Assembly (NCBI GenBank): GCA_965370415.1
Contig: CBDUTJ010000008.1
Location: 9,010 to 73,009 of the forward strand
DNA: 64,000 nucleotides
Origin: an uncultured bacterium
GTDB taxonomy: Bacteria; Cloacimonadota; Cloacimonadia; Cloacimonadales; TCS61
Direction: 5' to 3'
In this document: piece by piece, positions 10,866 to 20,652 of the stretch
How positions within the stretch are numbered: the stretch's first letter is position 1
How the letters are laid out: each line of letters opens with the position of its first letter
Made by a program: the position numbers and the translations under genes
The notes under the pieces: generated by a model
Database searches by the model: none
What the model was told of the DNA's origin: nothing
Seen by the model: only the letters and a program-made list of their open reading frames with translations

Positions 10866-12290
10866 TTACGATTTATTTTCCGGATGCAGTATCATCATTA
10901 TCAGGTCTATTTTGAAATCTTTATCGAGGTGAAAGAGTATCTCAGCCATATCGCAGCTTTCTTCTTCGGGAGCAGCTGCTATCAGGAATCCTTTGAATTC
11001 GATAAAGCCGTCAATTTTATTCACCTCTTTAAGGCTGAAATATAAAATCCTGTCACGCCAGTATTCATTTAAAAGCAGCAATAGATCGGCATAGGAATCG
11101 ATCTCATACAGCTCACGCTCATCACCGTAAACCACTAAAGTTGTAGGTATGTCGTCATGTATAAGCAGGAAGTTCAGCAACTTGGATCCCAGGGCTCGGT
11201 GTTCATAGAGAAGCTGCGGAATGAACGGTGCGATCTGCTCGAATTCATGATCTGTAAGACGAGAAAATGCTATTTGTTCCCCATTTTCAAATATGATATC
11301 CTTCCCTGAAAATCGAAAATCGTTCTTTGTAAGAATATTTATACCATCAGTCCTTTGTTCAACTCTCAGATTTAAATCACCATAGAAATTCTGATCATAA
11401 GGTTCTATCTTCAACGAATAACCTGTTTCTTTGTGGACTATCTGATGATGTGGAAATTCTGAACTGAAGAAATCCTCGATATTACCGATCTTGTTATGCA
11501 ACAGTTCTCGAATGGGTGGTGTTTGGACACAATTTTTGATATATTCGGATAGAGACAGTTCTTCCAGTTTTGGAAGTATTTTCTCTTTTACAACAGGTTC
11601 ACGAGGTTTATAATAAGATGCAGGTTGGGATTTTTCTAATTCTTTAAGTTTTATCTTATCCAGCATGGTGATTAATTCTGAATTTTCCGGGAATAGAATT
11701 TCCAATTCTGCTGCACTTTGCGATCTGACCTTGAACCCGAGTTTATCGTTTTCCGAAAAAAGTTCAATTGGCTCCACTTTAATCCGCTTGGAAGAGAAAT
11801 CATTCCAGAGTTGTAAAAGTGCTTCTTTGCCTGATTTATCTGCATAGCGGAGCTCAATTTTTCCCAGATCGGTAAAATCGAATAGAAATTCCTTATCCGC
11901 AGCATTCAAACGGTATATAAACGATTCCAAATAAGTGAGATAGAGTGTGATATTCACTGACTCATCCACATAAAAAACAAAGGGTAATACTTCCCGTTGA
12001 TCATATATCTTCCAATCTTGCCAGTCGTATTCTACTATCACTCCTTTCCCTCTGTCATCCAGGAAAGTTTTCACCACTTTATCAGCTGTGAATCCGGCAG
12101 GAAAATCTATCTTGAAATTACCCTTTTCCAACCAGGAATGATAAAGTTCAAATTGATAACCAGAGGAAAAATCTTCGAAACCCGGTTCGAATCCCAAAGC
12201 TTCTGAAGATATTAATAACAACCACAGAATTCCCGGAACGCTTCTTAAAATTTTTCCTATTTTATTTGACATTTCTTTCCTGTCCTGCAT
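10866..12290 (-). CDS. Hypothetical secreted/membrane-anchored protein
   Basis: 474-aa ORF with a hydrophobic N-terminal segment (VPGILWLLLISSEALG). Starts 10 nt upstream of tatD. No motif recognised. Confidence 0.55.
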   Translation of the reverse strand: MQDRKEMSNKIGKILRSVPGILWLLLISSEALGFEPGFEDFSSGYQFELYHSWLEKGNFKIDFPAGFTADKVVKTFLDDRGKGVIVEYDWQDWKIYDQREVLPFVFYVDESVNITLYLTYLESFIYRLNAADKEFLFDFTDLGKIELRYADKSGKEALLQLWNDFSSKRIKVEPIELFSENDKLGFKVRSQSAAELEILFPENSELITMLDKIKLKELEKSQPASYYKPREPVVKEKILPKLEELSLSEYIKNCVQTPPIRELLHNKIGNIEDFFSSEFPHHQIVHKETGYSLKIEPYDQNFYGDLNLRVEQRTDGINILTKNDFRFSGKDIIFENGEQIAFSRLTDHEFEQIAPFIPQLLYEHRALGSKLLNFLLIHDDIPTTLVVYGDERELYEIDSYADLLLLLNEYWRDRILYFSLKEVNKIDGFIEFKGFLIAAAPEEESCDMAEILFHLDKDFKIDLIMMILHPENKS

Positions 12291-12358
12291 TTGTGAACGA
12301 GGAAATTGGGATAAAGAAAAAGGTCAATGATTTCTGATTAAAAATCCGGAGGCCGATT

Positions 12359-12640
12359 ATGATGATTGCCGAAAGAGATCTGAAAAAAATTAAAGAATTT
12401 TTTGAGCTGAGCGACAGCGATTTCAGTTTAAGAAAATATCATAACCCTGTTTTTGTGTATGAAGTGATAGATGACAAAGTGCGCTACTCGCTTTGGGAAG
12501 CAGATGTTCTGGAAAGGTTTGGATTGAAGAATGTGGATGGTTGGGATAAAACTGAAAATATTGCTTTCTGCCCAGACTGGATGCGTGAAGATGAAGATGA
12601 TGACCTGGACGATATTGACCTGGATGACGATGACCTATAA
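12359..12640 (+). CDS. Small protein with poly-acidic C-terminus, function unknown
   Basis: 93-aa ORF with a GGAGG SD 5 nt upstream of the ATG; C-terminus EDEDDDLDDIDLDDDDL. Confidence 0.5.
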   Translation: MMIAERDLKKIKEFFELSDSDFSLRKYHNPVFVYEVIDDKVRYSLWEADVLERFGLKNVDGWDKTENIAFCPDWMREDEDDDLDDIDLDDDDL

Positions 12641-12698
12641 CTAAACTACAATTTATTGCAGTAATCTGATTAATAGGTTTTTTATTAATTATTTTTTA

Positions 12699-13802
12699 CT
12701 ATTCTATTAAACTCCAAAATATTTTAATTCCGATAGCAATGGCTCTTTCATCCGGTAAAAATTTAGAAGAATGCAGATCTGACCTGTCTCCCTGATCCGC
12801 TCCCAGCCAGAAGAAAAGACCGGTATATTTTTCCGCAAAAAAACCAAAGTCCTCTCCTCCCATCAACCTATCGGCTTCCCTGAATGTATACTTTGAATCG
12901 TTGATTTCGTTAACAAATTTTTTATAGAGCTTCTCATCATTTATAAGTGCTTTGTAATAATTGGAATATTCACATTTACCATTTATATCGAATTTCCTGG
13001 AAATTTCTTTTACAGATTTTTTTACAATTTCTCTCAATGAATCATGATCTTCTTTTGAAAATGCTCGAATTGTTCCCTCAAGTCTGCATTTTGCGGCTAT
13101 TGCATTTCGAACACTTCCTGCGTACATTTTCCCGAATTTGCAGAGAATATTTTTCTGGTCAGGGAAATTCACTTTAATTTTTTCATTAACTAGTCGATAG
13201 AACTCAAAGCCTGCATCCAGCGCATCTTTTCCCTTATCTGCAAGAGCCACGTGGGCACCAATTCCTGTGAAGACAATATCTACTTCTTCTGTATTGGCAA
13301 AAAATATTCCGGGTTTGGTCGATACTGTTCCAACCGGAATATCTCCTTTTACGTGTAGAGCGTAAACTTCCTTTATTGCAAATTTATCCAGGATACCTGT
13401 ATTTAGAATGCGTTTGGCTCCTCCTTTTCCTTCCTCGGCGGGTTGGAAAACAAAAAGAATGTTCTGTTCGATTCTCTCACTGACAACTTTCTCGATCAAT
13501 CCGAGGAGAATAGTCATGTGCATATCGTGTCCGCAGGCATGCATTTTTCCCGGGTGTTCCGATGTAAAATCGCAACTGGTTTCTTCTTTTATCGGAAGGG
13601 CATCCATATCCGAACGAAAGAGGATATAATCATCTTTACCATGAGAATATTCCACTAAAATACCAGGAAAATCGAATGTGTGTATCTTGATATCTTTAAA
13701 AAAATTTAAAATTTTTATTAAATACTCTTTTGTTTTAAATTCTTCAAAAGCCAGTTCAGGTATTTGGTGCAGATATTTTCTGATTTTAATAAAATTCAAC
13801 AT
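12699..13802 (-). CDS. M20-family amidohydrolase (N-acyl-amino-acid / N-acetyldiaminopimelate deacetylase-like)
   Basis: HACGHDMH metal-binding motif, FQPAEEGKGGA catalytic Glu-Glu block and EDFGFF near the C-terminus, as in the M20D subfamily. Confidence 0.8.
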   Translation of the reverse strand: MLNFIKIRKYLHQIPELAFEEFKTKEYLIKILNFFKDIKIHTFDFPGILVEYSHGKDDYILFRSDMDALPIKEETSCDFTSEHPGKMHACGHDMHMTILLGLIEKVVSERIEQNILFVFQPAEEGKGGAKRILNTGILDKFAIKEVYALHVKGDIPVGTVSTKPGIFFANTEEVDIVFTGIGAHVALADKGKDALDAGFEFYRLVNEKIKVNFPDQKNILCKFGKMYAGSVRNAIAAKCRLEGTIRAFSKEDHDSLREIVKKSVKEISRKFDINGKCEYSNYYKALINDEKLYKKFVNEINDSKYTFREADRLMGGEDFGFFAEKYTGLFFWLGADQGDRSDLHSSKFLPDERAIAIGIKIFWSLIE

Positions 13803-13919
13803 ATTTCAACTCCATTTTTCTACGATAATTTTCTTATATTTAGTGGAATTTTTGTCAAATCATATCATTCACTTGACACTAAAAGCAAAGAAAAATTTTC
13901 CTTGTCAATGTAATAGAGT

Positions 13920-13996
13920 GCCCCCGTAGCTCAGCAGGATAGAGCAGTTCCCTCCTAAGGAAAAGGCCGTGCGTTCGAATCGCGCCGGGGGTACCA
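13920..13996 (+). tRNA. tRNA-Arg (anticodon CCT)
   Basis: Hand-folded cloverleaf: acceptor GCCCCCG/CGGGGGT (G1-U72 wobble), D-arm GCTC-AGCAGGATA-GAGC, anticodon arm GTTCC-CT[CCT]AA-GGAAA, variable AGGCC, T-arm GTGCG-TTCGAAT-CGCGC, encoded ACCA tail; 77 nt. Confidence 0.85.
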
Positions 13997-14152
13997 TTTT
14001 TTAATGCGTGAAAAGGCAGTAATACTAAGCATCCCGAAGATTCCACATTTTATCAAATATAAACAACTATAAACAATAATAACCAATATTTCGTATATTT
14101 TTGTTGCGCTTTTGTTGCTCTGAGCTTATTATATATTCTAAAAGGTGAGATT

Positions 14153-15283
14153 ATGAACAAAGAAAATGAACAATTATTAAAAATAATCGAAGGAATTAAT
14201 GCGAGTAAAAAAATCAAAATAAGATTCCGTAGAACGCCATTAGGACATTTTAGTGTCTATTTAGATATCTGGCATAATAATAAAAGAAAATATATACATT
14301 TGCGGAAATATTTAAAGGGAACCAAAGATTCCTTAAATGCTGACAAGGAAATCTTGAGATACATCATAGCTTTTAGAGATCAGAAAGAACTTGAGTTATT
14401 AATGAACGATACAGGATTTGAATTTAAAACTGACAAAACGAAAGCAGATTTCGTTGAATATTTCAAATCTTCAGCTAGTAAAAAAATTGGAAGCACATAC
14501 AGGAAATGGATGTCCCTTTATAAACATCTATATTCATTCGCAAACGGTAAGATAATGATTAGATCAATTGATGCAAAATTCTGCGAATCATTTTATAAAT
14601 ACTTAAGCTCAAAGTGCAGTTACTCAACCCCCATTGTTTATTACAAAGTATTCTCTGCAGCATTGAATAAACTAGTTCTGGACGGCGTTATTTTGGTGAA
14701 TCCAGCTAAACAGGCTGCTCAAAGAACAGATTTTAGACTTAAAAAACAAAAGGATAAGGAAAAACCCAGAGAATTTCTTACCATTGAAGAAATAAAAAAA
14801 TTAATTCAGACTCCAACACAGAATATTCAAACTAAAAATGCATTTTTAATTTCCTGTCTTAGCGGTTTACGTTTGGGAGACATCCAAAAACTAACATTCA
14901 ATATGATTTCTGAAGGTTATTTATCCTTCAAGCAGAATAAAACCGGAGAATATGAGAGGATGAAGTTGCATACAATAGCTGAAAAAATAATTCAAGAACA
15001 GCAAGTGACCTCCAAAGACAAAAATGACAAAATATTTTACTTGTACGATAATAAAGCAATAAATCGACATTTAATGAAATGGATTAAGGATGCTGGAATA
15101 GAAAAACATATCTCATTTCATTGTGCCCGTCATTCTTTTGCTACGATGTGTTTGACTAAAGGTGTAGATATTTACACAGTGAGTAAACTTTTAGGACATA
15201 AAGACCTAGAATCAACCCAGATTTATGCCAAATTAATTGATAAGAAAAAAGATGAAGCTATTGATAAGTTGCCGAGCTTTTAA
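14153..15283 (+). CDS. Tyrosine-type site-specific integrase
   Basis: Box I LSGLRLGDI and box II HCARHSFATMCL...LGHKDLESTQIYA (R..HxxR..Y catalytic set). N-terminal SAM-like/arm-binding region. Adjacent to the tRNA. Confidence 0.9.
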   Translation: MNKENEQLLKIIEGINASKKIKIRFRRTPLGHFSVYLDIWHNNKRKYIHLRKYLKGTKDSLNADKEILRYIIAFRDQKELELLMNDTGFEFKTDKTKADFVEYFKSSASKKIGSTYRKWMSLYKHLYSFANGKIMIRSIDAKFCESFYKYLSSKCSYSTPIVYYKVFSAALNKLVLDGVILVNPAKQAAQRTDFRLKKQKDKEKPREFLTIEEIKKLIQTPTQNIQTKNAFLISCLSGLRLGDIQKLTFNMISEGYLSFKQNKTGEYERMKLHTIAEKIIQEQQVTSKDKNDKIFYLYDNKAINRHLMKWIKDAGIEKHISFHCARHSFATMCLTKGVDIYTVSKLLGHKDLESTQIYAKLIDKKKDEAIDKLPSF

Positions 15284-15529
15284 TATTATAACCGAAGGTA
15301 TTTAAATAAAATTATCCTCTTTAACCTGCTTAATATGTCTTGAGTAAATTTATATTCTGAACAAAATCAGCAGACGTTAAAAAAAAATTTCCCAATTATA
15401 CGATTAGCTGGAATGAGCTGCTAGAAGTGTAACGGATGGGATGATCTGTCTGGGGTTAAGTTGGCACGTGTTCTTGCGTATACAAGAACCGTGATAGCAG
15501 CTAGGTCTGCTCCATCCGTTTGTTCTACA

Positions 15530-16276
15530 TCATTTGCCATAGATTGTATCCGGATATTCTATTGAAAACACCTTTCCAACATCTTCCCAAAAGGTATATC
15601 CGATAAATGTCTTTGCTATTCTCTCTATAATATTATAATTTCTGTGTGGTAAAGAGCGCTTCAAGTATTCAGTGTTCTTATAATTGTTCATTTTCTGAGA
15701 AAAATGAGTATCAAAATCTAGTTTGCTAAACAAGAAAAACGATAAAACTTGTTTGCTGCTATCGATCACAGCGTCGATGTGCCTTACTAGTTGATCTCGT
15801 TCATCAAGCCAAGTTGTCTTTGTTGTTAGTTTGCTTTCTGTTCTTTTTGCTTCTCCGATAATTATATGGCTCCTCGTCTCAATGAAAACGTCAGGCACAG
15901 TATAGCCTTCAAAAACATACCATTCTCTTGCTGGGGCGTTATCCTTTTGAATAAGAGCCTGTGCTTCCTTAAAAGTTCTTGGATCTCCATCAAAGAACTT
16001 TTTTCTTTTTAGATAAGAAGGAGACGTTTGCCTTACACCAAAATTCTTTGGTATTGATAATCTTTCCTTGTTTTCTATTTGCCATATCAACAGTGACTTT
16101 GGTGGTCTTAGATGTTTTTCATATTTACCGTATGATATTTCATACTCTGAATAATCTATTTGAACACTAAGATTTTCGGACATCATAGAAAAAAGAACAT
16201 CAAGTTTTTTTGGATCGTCTTTGATACGATCAAACAAGGGTTTCACTCTAGTTAAAGAACTGTTTTTAATGCCCAT
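15530..16276 (-). CDS. PD-(D/E)xK nuclease-like protein (candidate restriction/defence nuclease)
   Basis: 248-aa ORF. The motif VPDVFIETRSHIIIGEAKR gives PD ... E-A-K at the spacing expected for the PD-(D/E)xK fold. Confidence 0.45.
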   Translation of the reverse strand: MGIKNSSLTRVKPLFDRIKDDPKKLDVLFSMMSENLSVQIDYSEYEISYGKYEKHLRPPKSLLIWQIENKERLSIPKNFGVRQTSPSYLKRKKFFDGDPRTFKEAQALIQKDNAPAREWYVFEGYTVPDVFIETRSHIIIGEAKRTESKLTTKTTWLDERDQLVRHIDAVIDSSKQVLSFFLFSKLDFDTHFSQKMNNYKNTEYLKRSLPHRNYNIIERIAKTFIGYTFWEDVGKVFSIEYPDTIYGK

Positions 16277-16424
16277 TTAACCATTCTATTATCATGTATG
16301 TAGAATGCTTGGGATAACCGGTTTAAAAAAGTATTAGCTTTTAAAAAACCTGCGTTCATCCCATTGTTATGCCCTCTATCAAAACGTTAACATACCAGTC
16401 CATATTGTTTCCTGTGTAAAAAAG

Positions 16425-17102
16425 TCATACCCTCAAATCCACCCATAAATGGATAAGTTGAAAAACTTCGGGAGTTACTTTTTTTCGTTTCAGATTCTGT
16501 CTTTCCCTGAATACGGGTGGGTTGTTAAATTCAAAAGAAAGCGCCGGATTATTTGGAAAATGTTTTTGCTGAAAGTCATTTACTTCAAAAACAATCTGTT
16601 TTGGTTCCATGCTTATGATATAACCAATCATCATCCCGGAAGATGCCCGTTTGCCATATTCATGTGTTGGGCAGTCGAAACGTTTTATGCCTTTGGTCGT
16701 ATAGTTCTCATTAAGTATCCAGCTTTTATTGGTTGGATTTCCAAGAAGCTTACATTCGACATGTAGAGCTATTTCATGTTCTTCTGTGCATGAAGCAAAC
16801 GGATTATAACATTTGCAGGTAAAATCCGGACGTTTCCCCTTTCCGTCTTTCAGTTCATTATCAACCACAGGCTGAATGGGTTTCTCCCAGTCAGGCGTAC
16901 GAATTTCACAATTTCGTTTTTTACTTTTATTAAAACAGACAGCACTCAGAAAAGGACAAAGCTGTTCTGAAATTTTGTCCTCATCATCCAATGGACACGC
17001 TTTTATTTCTAATTGAGCAAGAGCAATCGAAAAAACATGAACATAGAGCGTTTCATGTCGTTTCCATAAATTGGAGAATAAAGGAAGAGCTCGTCTTGCC
17101 AT
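16425..17102 (-). CDS. PD-(D/E)xK nuclease-like protein translationally coupled to the methyltransferase
   Basis: 225-aa ORF. RPDFTCK...EIALHVECKLLG gives PD ... E-C-K. Its ATG (17102..17100) shares base 17102 with the stop codon of the 1066-aa methyltransferase (17102..17104). Confidence 0.5.
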   Translation of the reverse strand: MARRALPLFSNLWKRHETLYVHVFSIALAQLEIKACPLDDEDKISEQLCPFLSAVCFNKSKKRNCEIRTPDWEKPIQPVVDNELKDGKGKRPDFTCKCYNPFASCTEEHEIALHVECKLLGNPTNKSWILNENYTTKGIKRFDCPTHEYGKRASSGMMIGYIISMEPKQIVFEVNDFQQKHFPNNPALSFEFNNPPVFRERQNLKRKKVTPEVFQLIHLWVDLRV

Positions 17103-20100
17103 TACAAATTTCTTCCATCTTTCAACATTGCCTTACACAGCGTGGCGTCAGCGTCTTCCCGCGCGAGACTGCGAGTCCAGAAACGCTTTTCATTTCGCTT
17201 AATAACGATAATCCCATCATCTGAGATAATATGCACCAAGCCATCCAGTAAGATTTGGGAAGTTCTCATTGGTTGTGGTAATGCTTTGCCAATTTGTTCC
17301 AGTATATATCCCCAGGAATCATTTTTGGGTTTTAGATTCCAACTATCGTCTTTGTCCGTCGAGAAAAACTCGACTGCAAGCATATTGCAATGCGCACCGA
17401 TATGAATTTTCCCGCGCATTTCTTCATCATCCCCAAGATAAGCGTTCCAACGTCTGGTAAAAATCTTTGCATAAGTTGAAATCCATGACAGATTATTGCT
17501 ATCCACCGCAGGCATAGCACCGATGCTGTCAAACGGCTGGTAGAAAAATGGTAGTGTAACTTCACAGCAATCGCGGATCAGATCTTTCTGTTCTTCATTT
17601 AATCCGTAAAGTTCAAAGACTGTCTCATCCAATTCTATTTCCCATTTCCTGCGTTTTACCTCAATCACCTCTTCCGGTACGCCATCAGGATATAAAACAT
17701 CCTGCTTTTGCGGATGATAGTTGCGGAGTTTATTGACGATGGCAATGACTTTCCTGGTCTCTTTATTGCTCTTTTCAAATAGATCGCCGACCGGGAAATC
17801 AAAAATTTCCTCAAGATGAATATCATAATGCCACACACCCCAATTGGAAGAGGTTAAAAAAAAGAAATACCTGGCAAAAGAAGACCATAATATTCCTTGT
17901 AAAAGTAAATAATTGTCTTTGTTCTTATTTGAAAGTTTTATGCAGTGAATTGAATTCCTAAAACAAAACTTCTCTTCAACAAAATTTGAAATTATTTGTC
18001 CTTTAGGCTCTTGCTTTTGCTGAACTCCCCGCTTGATTAAAATTCGACTTCCTGAATATATTTCCTCATTCTTTCCACGTGATTCTACCCGATTAGGGGG
18101 TTCAACAAGCATATCATCATCAATAACGGTGTATTTTCCGAATTCACCAACAAGAAGTTCCCTGTATTTAAGAAGCCAGTCTGACTTTTTTGACCGCTTA
18201 CCTTCTTGGAAGCCACGAGCCGAAGTCTTCTTGTCAACAACAGAAAGTAAACGCTTCCAACGAATGATTGTTTGAATAAATAATCGGTCACTATGGCGAC
18301 CAAACCAATAATTTTTCCATAACTTACCGGACGACAGATTTTCGTTCCGCAGAATATGAGCGTCATATTTTGAAAGCAATATAGCCTGTGTTTTTTTCAA
18401 AGCAATAATCTGTTTTGCAGACCAGTAAGTTACAGGAAAATCTTTTTGCTTTCCTTTTATAAAGCAGAGAGATAAAAATGGAGATATTCCTCTTTTGAAG
18501 AAAAATTGCCTTACGTGTATAAAGTTGAAAACTTCTTCCAGTCGCACGTTACTCATCCACTGCTCACGAAAAGCCTGGGTTGTTGAGCTATGTTTGAATA
18601 AGACCCCTGCTGATACAAGCATTCCCACTCTCCCGCCATCTTTGAGAAAGTCTAGCGCTCTCCAGAGAAAAGCTTGGGACGGCTCGTTATCTCCAATTGG
18701 TTTATCATTATTATGACACCATTCAAGCATAACCTGTTCTCGGATTTTGGTTGCTTCATCTGGCTTATTCGGTGCGCCCCAAGGTGGATTTCCGACAATC
18801 ACATCGGCACATTGTGGACCAAAACGTTCCCTCCACAACTTATTACTCTCAATACCCTTCACATTAAACGTATTACCGACCCATATACAATGATAATGAT
18901 GTTTAGAATGGCTGTTTGATGCAATCAGATTGGGAAGCTTATTACCTTGTTTTATTTGCTCGTTAATAGAAGGTGTATCAAGATAGTGCAACATGGAGAG
19001 ATATAGGCTGAACGTCGCAATCCTGGCTGCTTCTTTGTTGACTTCGATTCCAGCTATCTGTTTTTCTATAATGTTTTTCAACTCATCGAATGACAAAGGG
19101 GCTTTCTTTTCATGTTGTTTATAGCGAACTATTCGACGGAATGCTTCAACAAGAAAAATCCCTGAACCACAGGCAGGATCGAGTACACGAGGAGTATTTT
19201 TTAAGACTTCAGCGGTTAATGTTCTGGAAAGAATAAATTCCACCAAAACAGGTGGAGTATAATACGCCCCATCTTGACGGACTTTATTTTTCTTTTCATA
19301 ATCATTGGTTGAAGGATGATAAAACTCCTCATAGATTGAACTGATAAGATCAAGCGGTACAATATCAAAGCGATAAGAATAGAAAAATAGCTTTTTCTGA
19401 ATACCGGCATTGCCGTAAAGGAGTTCTTGAACAAGATCCAAATGAGGTTGCTCTATCGTTGTCTCTTCTGCATCCACATCAGGAAACATATCACCGTTAA
19501 AATCGCGAGCTAATGATCTGAACAATGCGTAAGTGAAATCCTTGTTTTTTAGAATTCGCGGATAGAACGATTTATTCGGTGAAAAGTCAAATACGGTGTA
19601 TGCTGTTTCATTTTTAAGAATTTCTGTCCAGCTGGTTTTTTGTCTTGCAACTTCACTAAAATAATCTTTCGTCAAAATTTGACGGTCTTCCAGATAGCGG
19701 ATGAATATTGAACGACCAATTAGGGCATTAGCATATTTTACTTTTTCACCAGATAACCCAGCTTGAATTAATTCACGACGGACAGTTTTTAAATCGCGTA
19801 TTAGAGCTTTGTCCGCACGATTTTTCAAATCTCCAAAACGTCCTTTCTCAAATATCCTTCCAGATTCAATATTATCCCTGTGAAAATCTTGTAGTTCCTG
19901 AGCAACTCTTTCTATGTAATGAAGTCCATCCAGTATTTTAAGTACTTTAAGTTTATTTTTACGTTTGCGTTTTTCTGAAAAATCAAAAGGTTTTTGAGCC
20001 AGGTCATATACTGTTATTTCGCCAGGAGAAGCCAAAAATAGCAACATGGGGCGTGCAAGGCTCCAAATACGATTGAATGCCTTATACCTTTCCGTATGAT

Positions 20101-20302
20101 CTGCTCCACACTCTGCAAAAACGGCAATCGGATTATTCTCAATAAAAAAGACTTTTTTAGCACCGGCTCGTTTCGCTGCAGAGAGCCACTCACCTTTTTC
20201 CAGCCATACATTCTTACGTAGCCTATCCGGAGTGTCTTCAACTGAAAGCAACTCGCCACTTTGAAAATCCAAATCTGAGTATATTTTTTCTAATACATCC
20301 AT
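17102..20302 (-). CDS. Large N6-adenine DNA methyltransferase, type IIG/IIL-like (Eco57I/PglX-like architecture)
   Basis: SAM motif I VLDPACGSGIFLVEA and motif IV GNPPWG (NPPW). A 1066-aa single chain with a ~330-aa N-terminal extension and a ~450-aa C-terminal (target-recognition-like) extension. Confidence 0.75.
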   Translation of the reverse strand: MDVLEKIYSDLDFQSGELLSVEDTPDRLRKNVWLEKGEWLSAAKRAGAKKVFFIENNPIAVFAECGADHTERYKAFNRIWSLARPMLLFLASPGEITVYDLAQKPFDFSEKRKRKNKLKVLKILDGLHYIERVAQELQDFHRDNIESGRIFEKGRFGDLKNRADKALIRDLKTVRRELIQAGLSGEKVKYANALIGRSIFIRYLEDRQILTKDYFSEVARQKTSWTEILKNETAYTVFDFSPNKSFYPRILKNKDFTYALFRSLARDFNGDMFPDVDAEETTIEQPHLDLVQELLYGNAGIQKKLFFYSYRFDIVPLDLISSIYEEFYHPSTNDYEKKNKVRQDGAYYTPPVLVEFILSRTLTAEVLKNTPRVLDPACGSGIFLVEAFRRIVRYKQHEKKAPLSFDELKNIIEKQIAGIEVNKEAARIATFSLYLSMLHYLDTPSINEQIKQGNKLPNLIASNSHSKHHYHCIWVGNTFNVKGIESNKLWRERFGPQCADVIVGNPPWGAPNKPDEATKIREQVMLEWCHNNDKPIGDNEPSQAFLWRALDFLKDGGRVGMLVSAGVLFKHSSTTQAFREQWMSNVRLEEVFNFIHVRQFFFKRGISPFLSLCFIKGKQKDFPVTYWSAKQIIALKKTQAILLSKYDAHILRNENLSSGKLWKNYWFGRHSDRLFIQTIIRWKRLLSVVDKKTSARGFQEGKRSKKSDWLLKYRELLVGEFGKYTVIDDDMLVEPPNRVESRGKNEEIYSGSRILIKRGVQQKQEPKGQIISNFVEEKFCFRNSIHCIKLSNKNKDNYLLLQGILWSSFARYFFFLTSSNWGVWHYDIHLEEIFDFPVGDLFEKSNKETRKVIAIVNKLRNYHPQKQDVLYPDGVPEEVIEVKRRKWEIELDETVFELYGLNEEQKDLIRDCCEVTLPFFYQPFDSIGAMPAVDSNNLSWISTYAKIFTRRWNAYLGDDEEMRGKIHIGAHCNMLAVEFFSTDKDDSWNLKPKNDSWGYILEQIGKALPQPMRTSQILLDGLVHIISDDGIIVIKRNEKRFWTRSLAREDADATLCKAMLKDGRNL

Positions 20303-20463
20303 TTTTTGCTCCAGAAAGAATCAAATGTTACTATATTTATGGTCTACCTTGATTTTCATAATTAATCTCAAACTTTTAACACCAATTTAAAAGTTTACCT
20401 CAAATTTACTTCCTTTCGGGGTTGTGTAATAAACACACAACATAGTAACAAACTGCGAAGCTC

Positions 20464-20507
20464 GCAGTATAATATCCTCATATCTTCACTTAATAACATT
20501 ACACTTA
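20464..20507 (+). repeat. 44-bp repeat, copy A (degenerate, direct with copy B)
   Basis: gcagtataatatcctcatatcttcacttaataacattacactta; 38/44 identical to the reverse complement of copy C. Weaker similarity to copy B continues for a further ~50 nt. Confidence 0.8.
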
Positions 20508-20608
20508 TAGTATCCTTTTTTTGTAATTAAACACTACTTCTTAAATATCATCAATAATTATATGTCAATATAAAAATATCTTGTAAAAAAAACAGGATAA
20601 AAACCTTA

Positions 20609-20652
20609 GCAATACAATATCCTTACATCTAAGCTTAATAACATCACACTTA
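20609..20652 (+). repeat. 44-bp repeat, copy B (left arm of the inverted repeat)
   Basis: gcaatacaatatccttacatctaagcttaataacatcacactta; 42/44 identical to the reverse complement of 21151..21194. Confidence 0.85.

Noticed and set aside
17102-20302. BREX (PglX) interpretation of the 1066-aa methyltransferase.
   Set aside because: No PglZ phosphatase, BrxC/PglY ATPase, BrxA/B or BrxL/Lon-like genes lie nearby. The neighbours are two small PD-(D/E)xK-like proteins, so an R-M-like reading is more economical.
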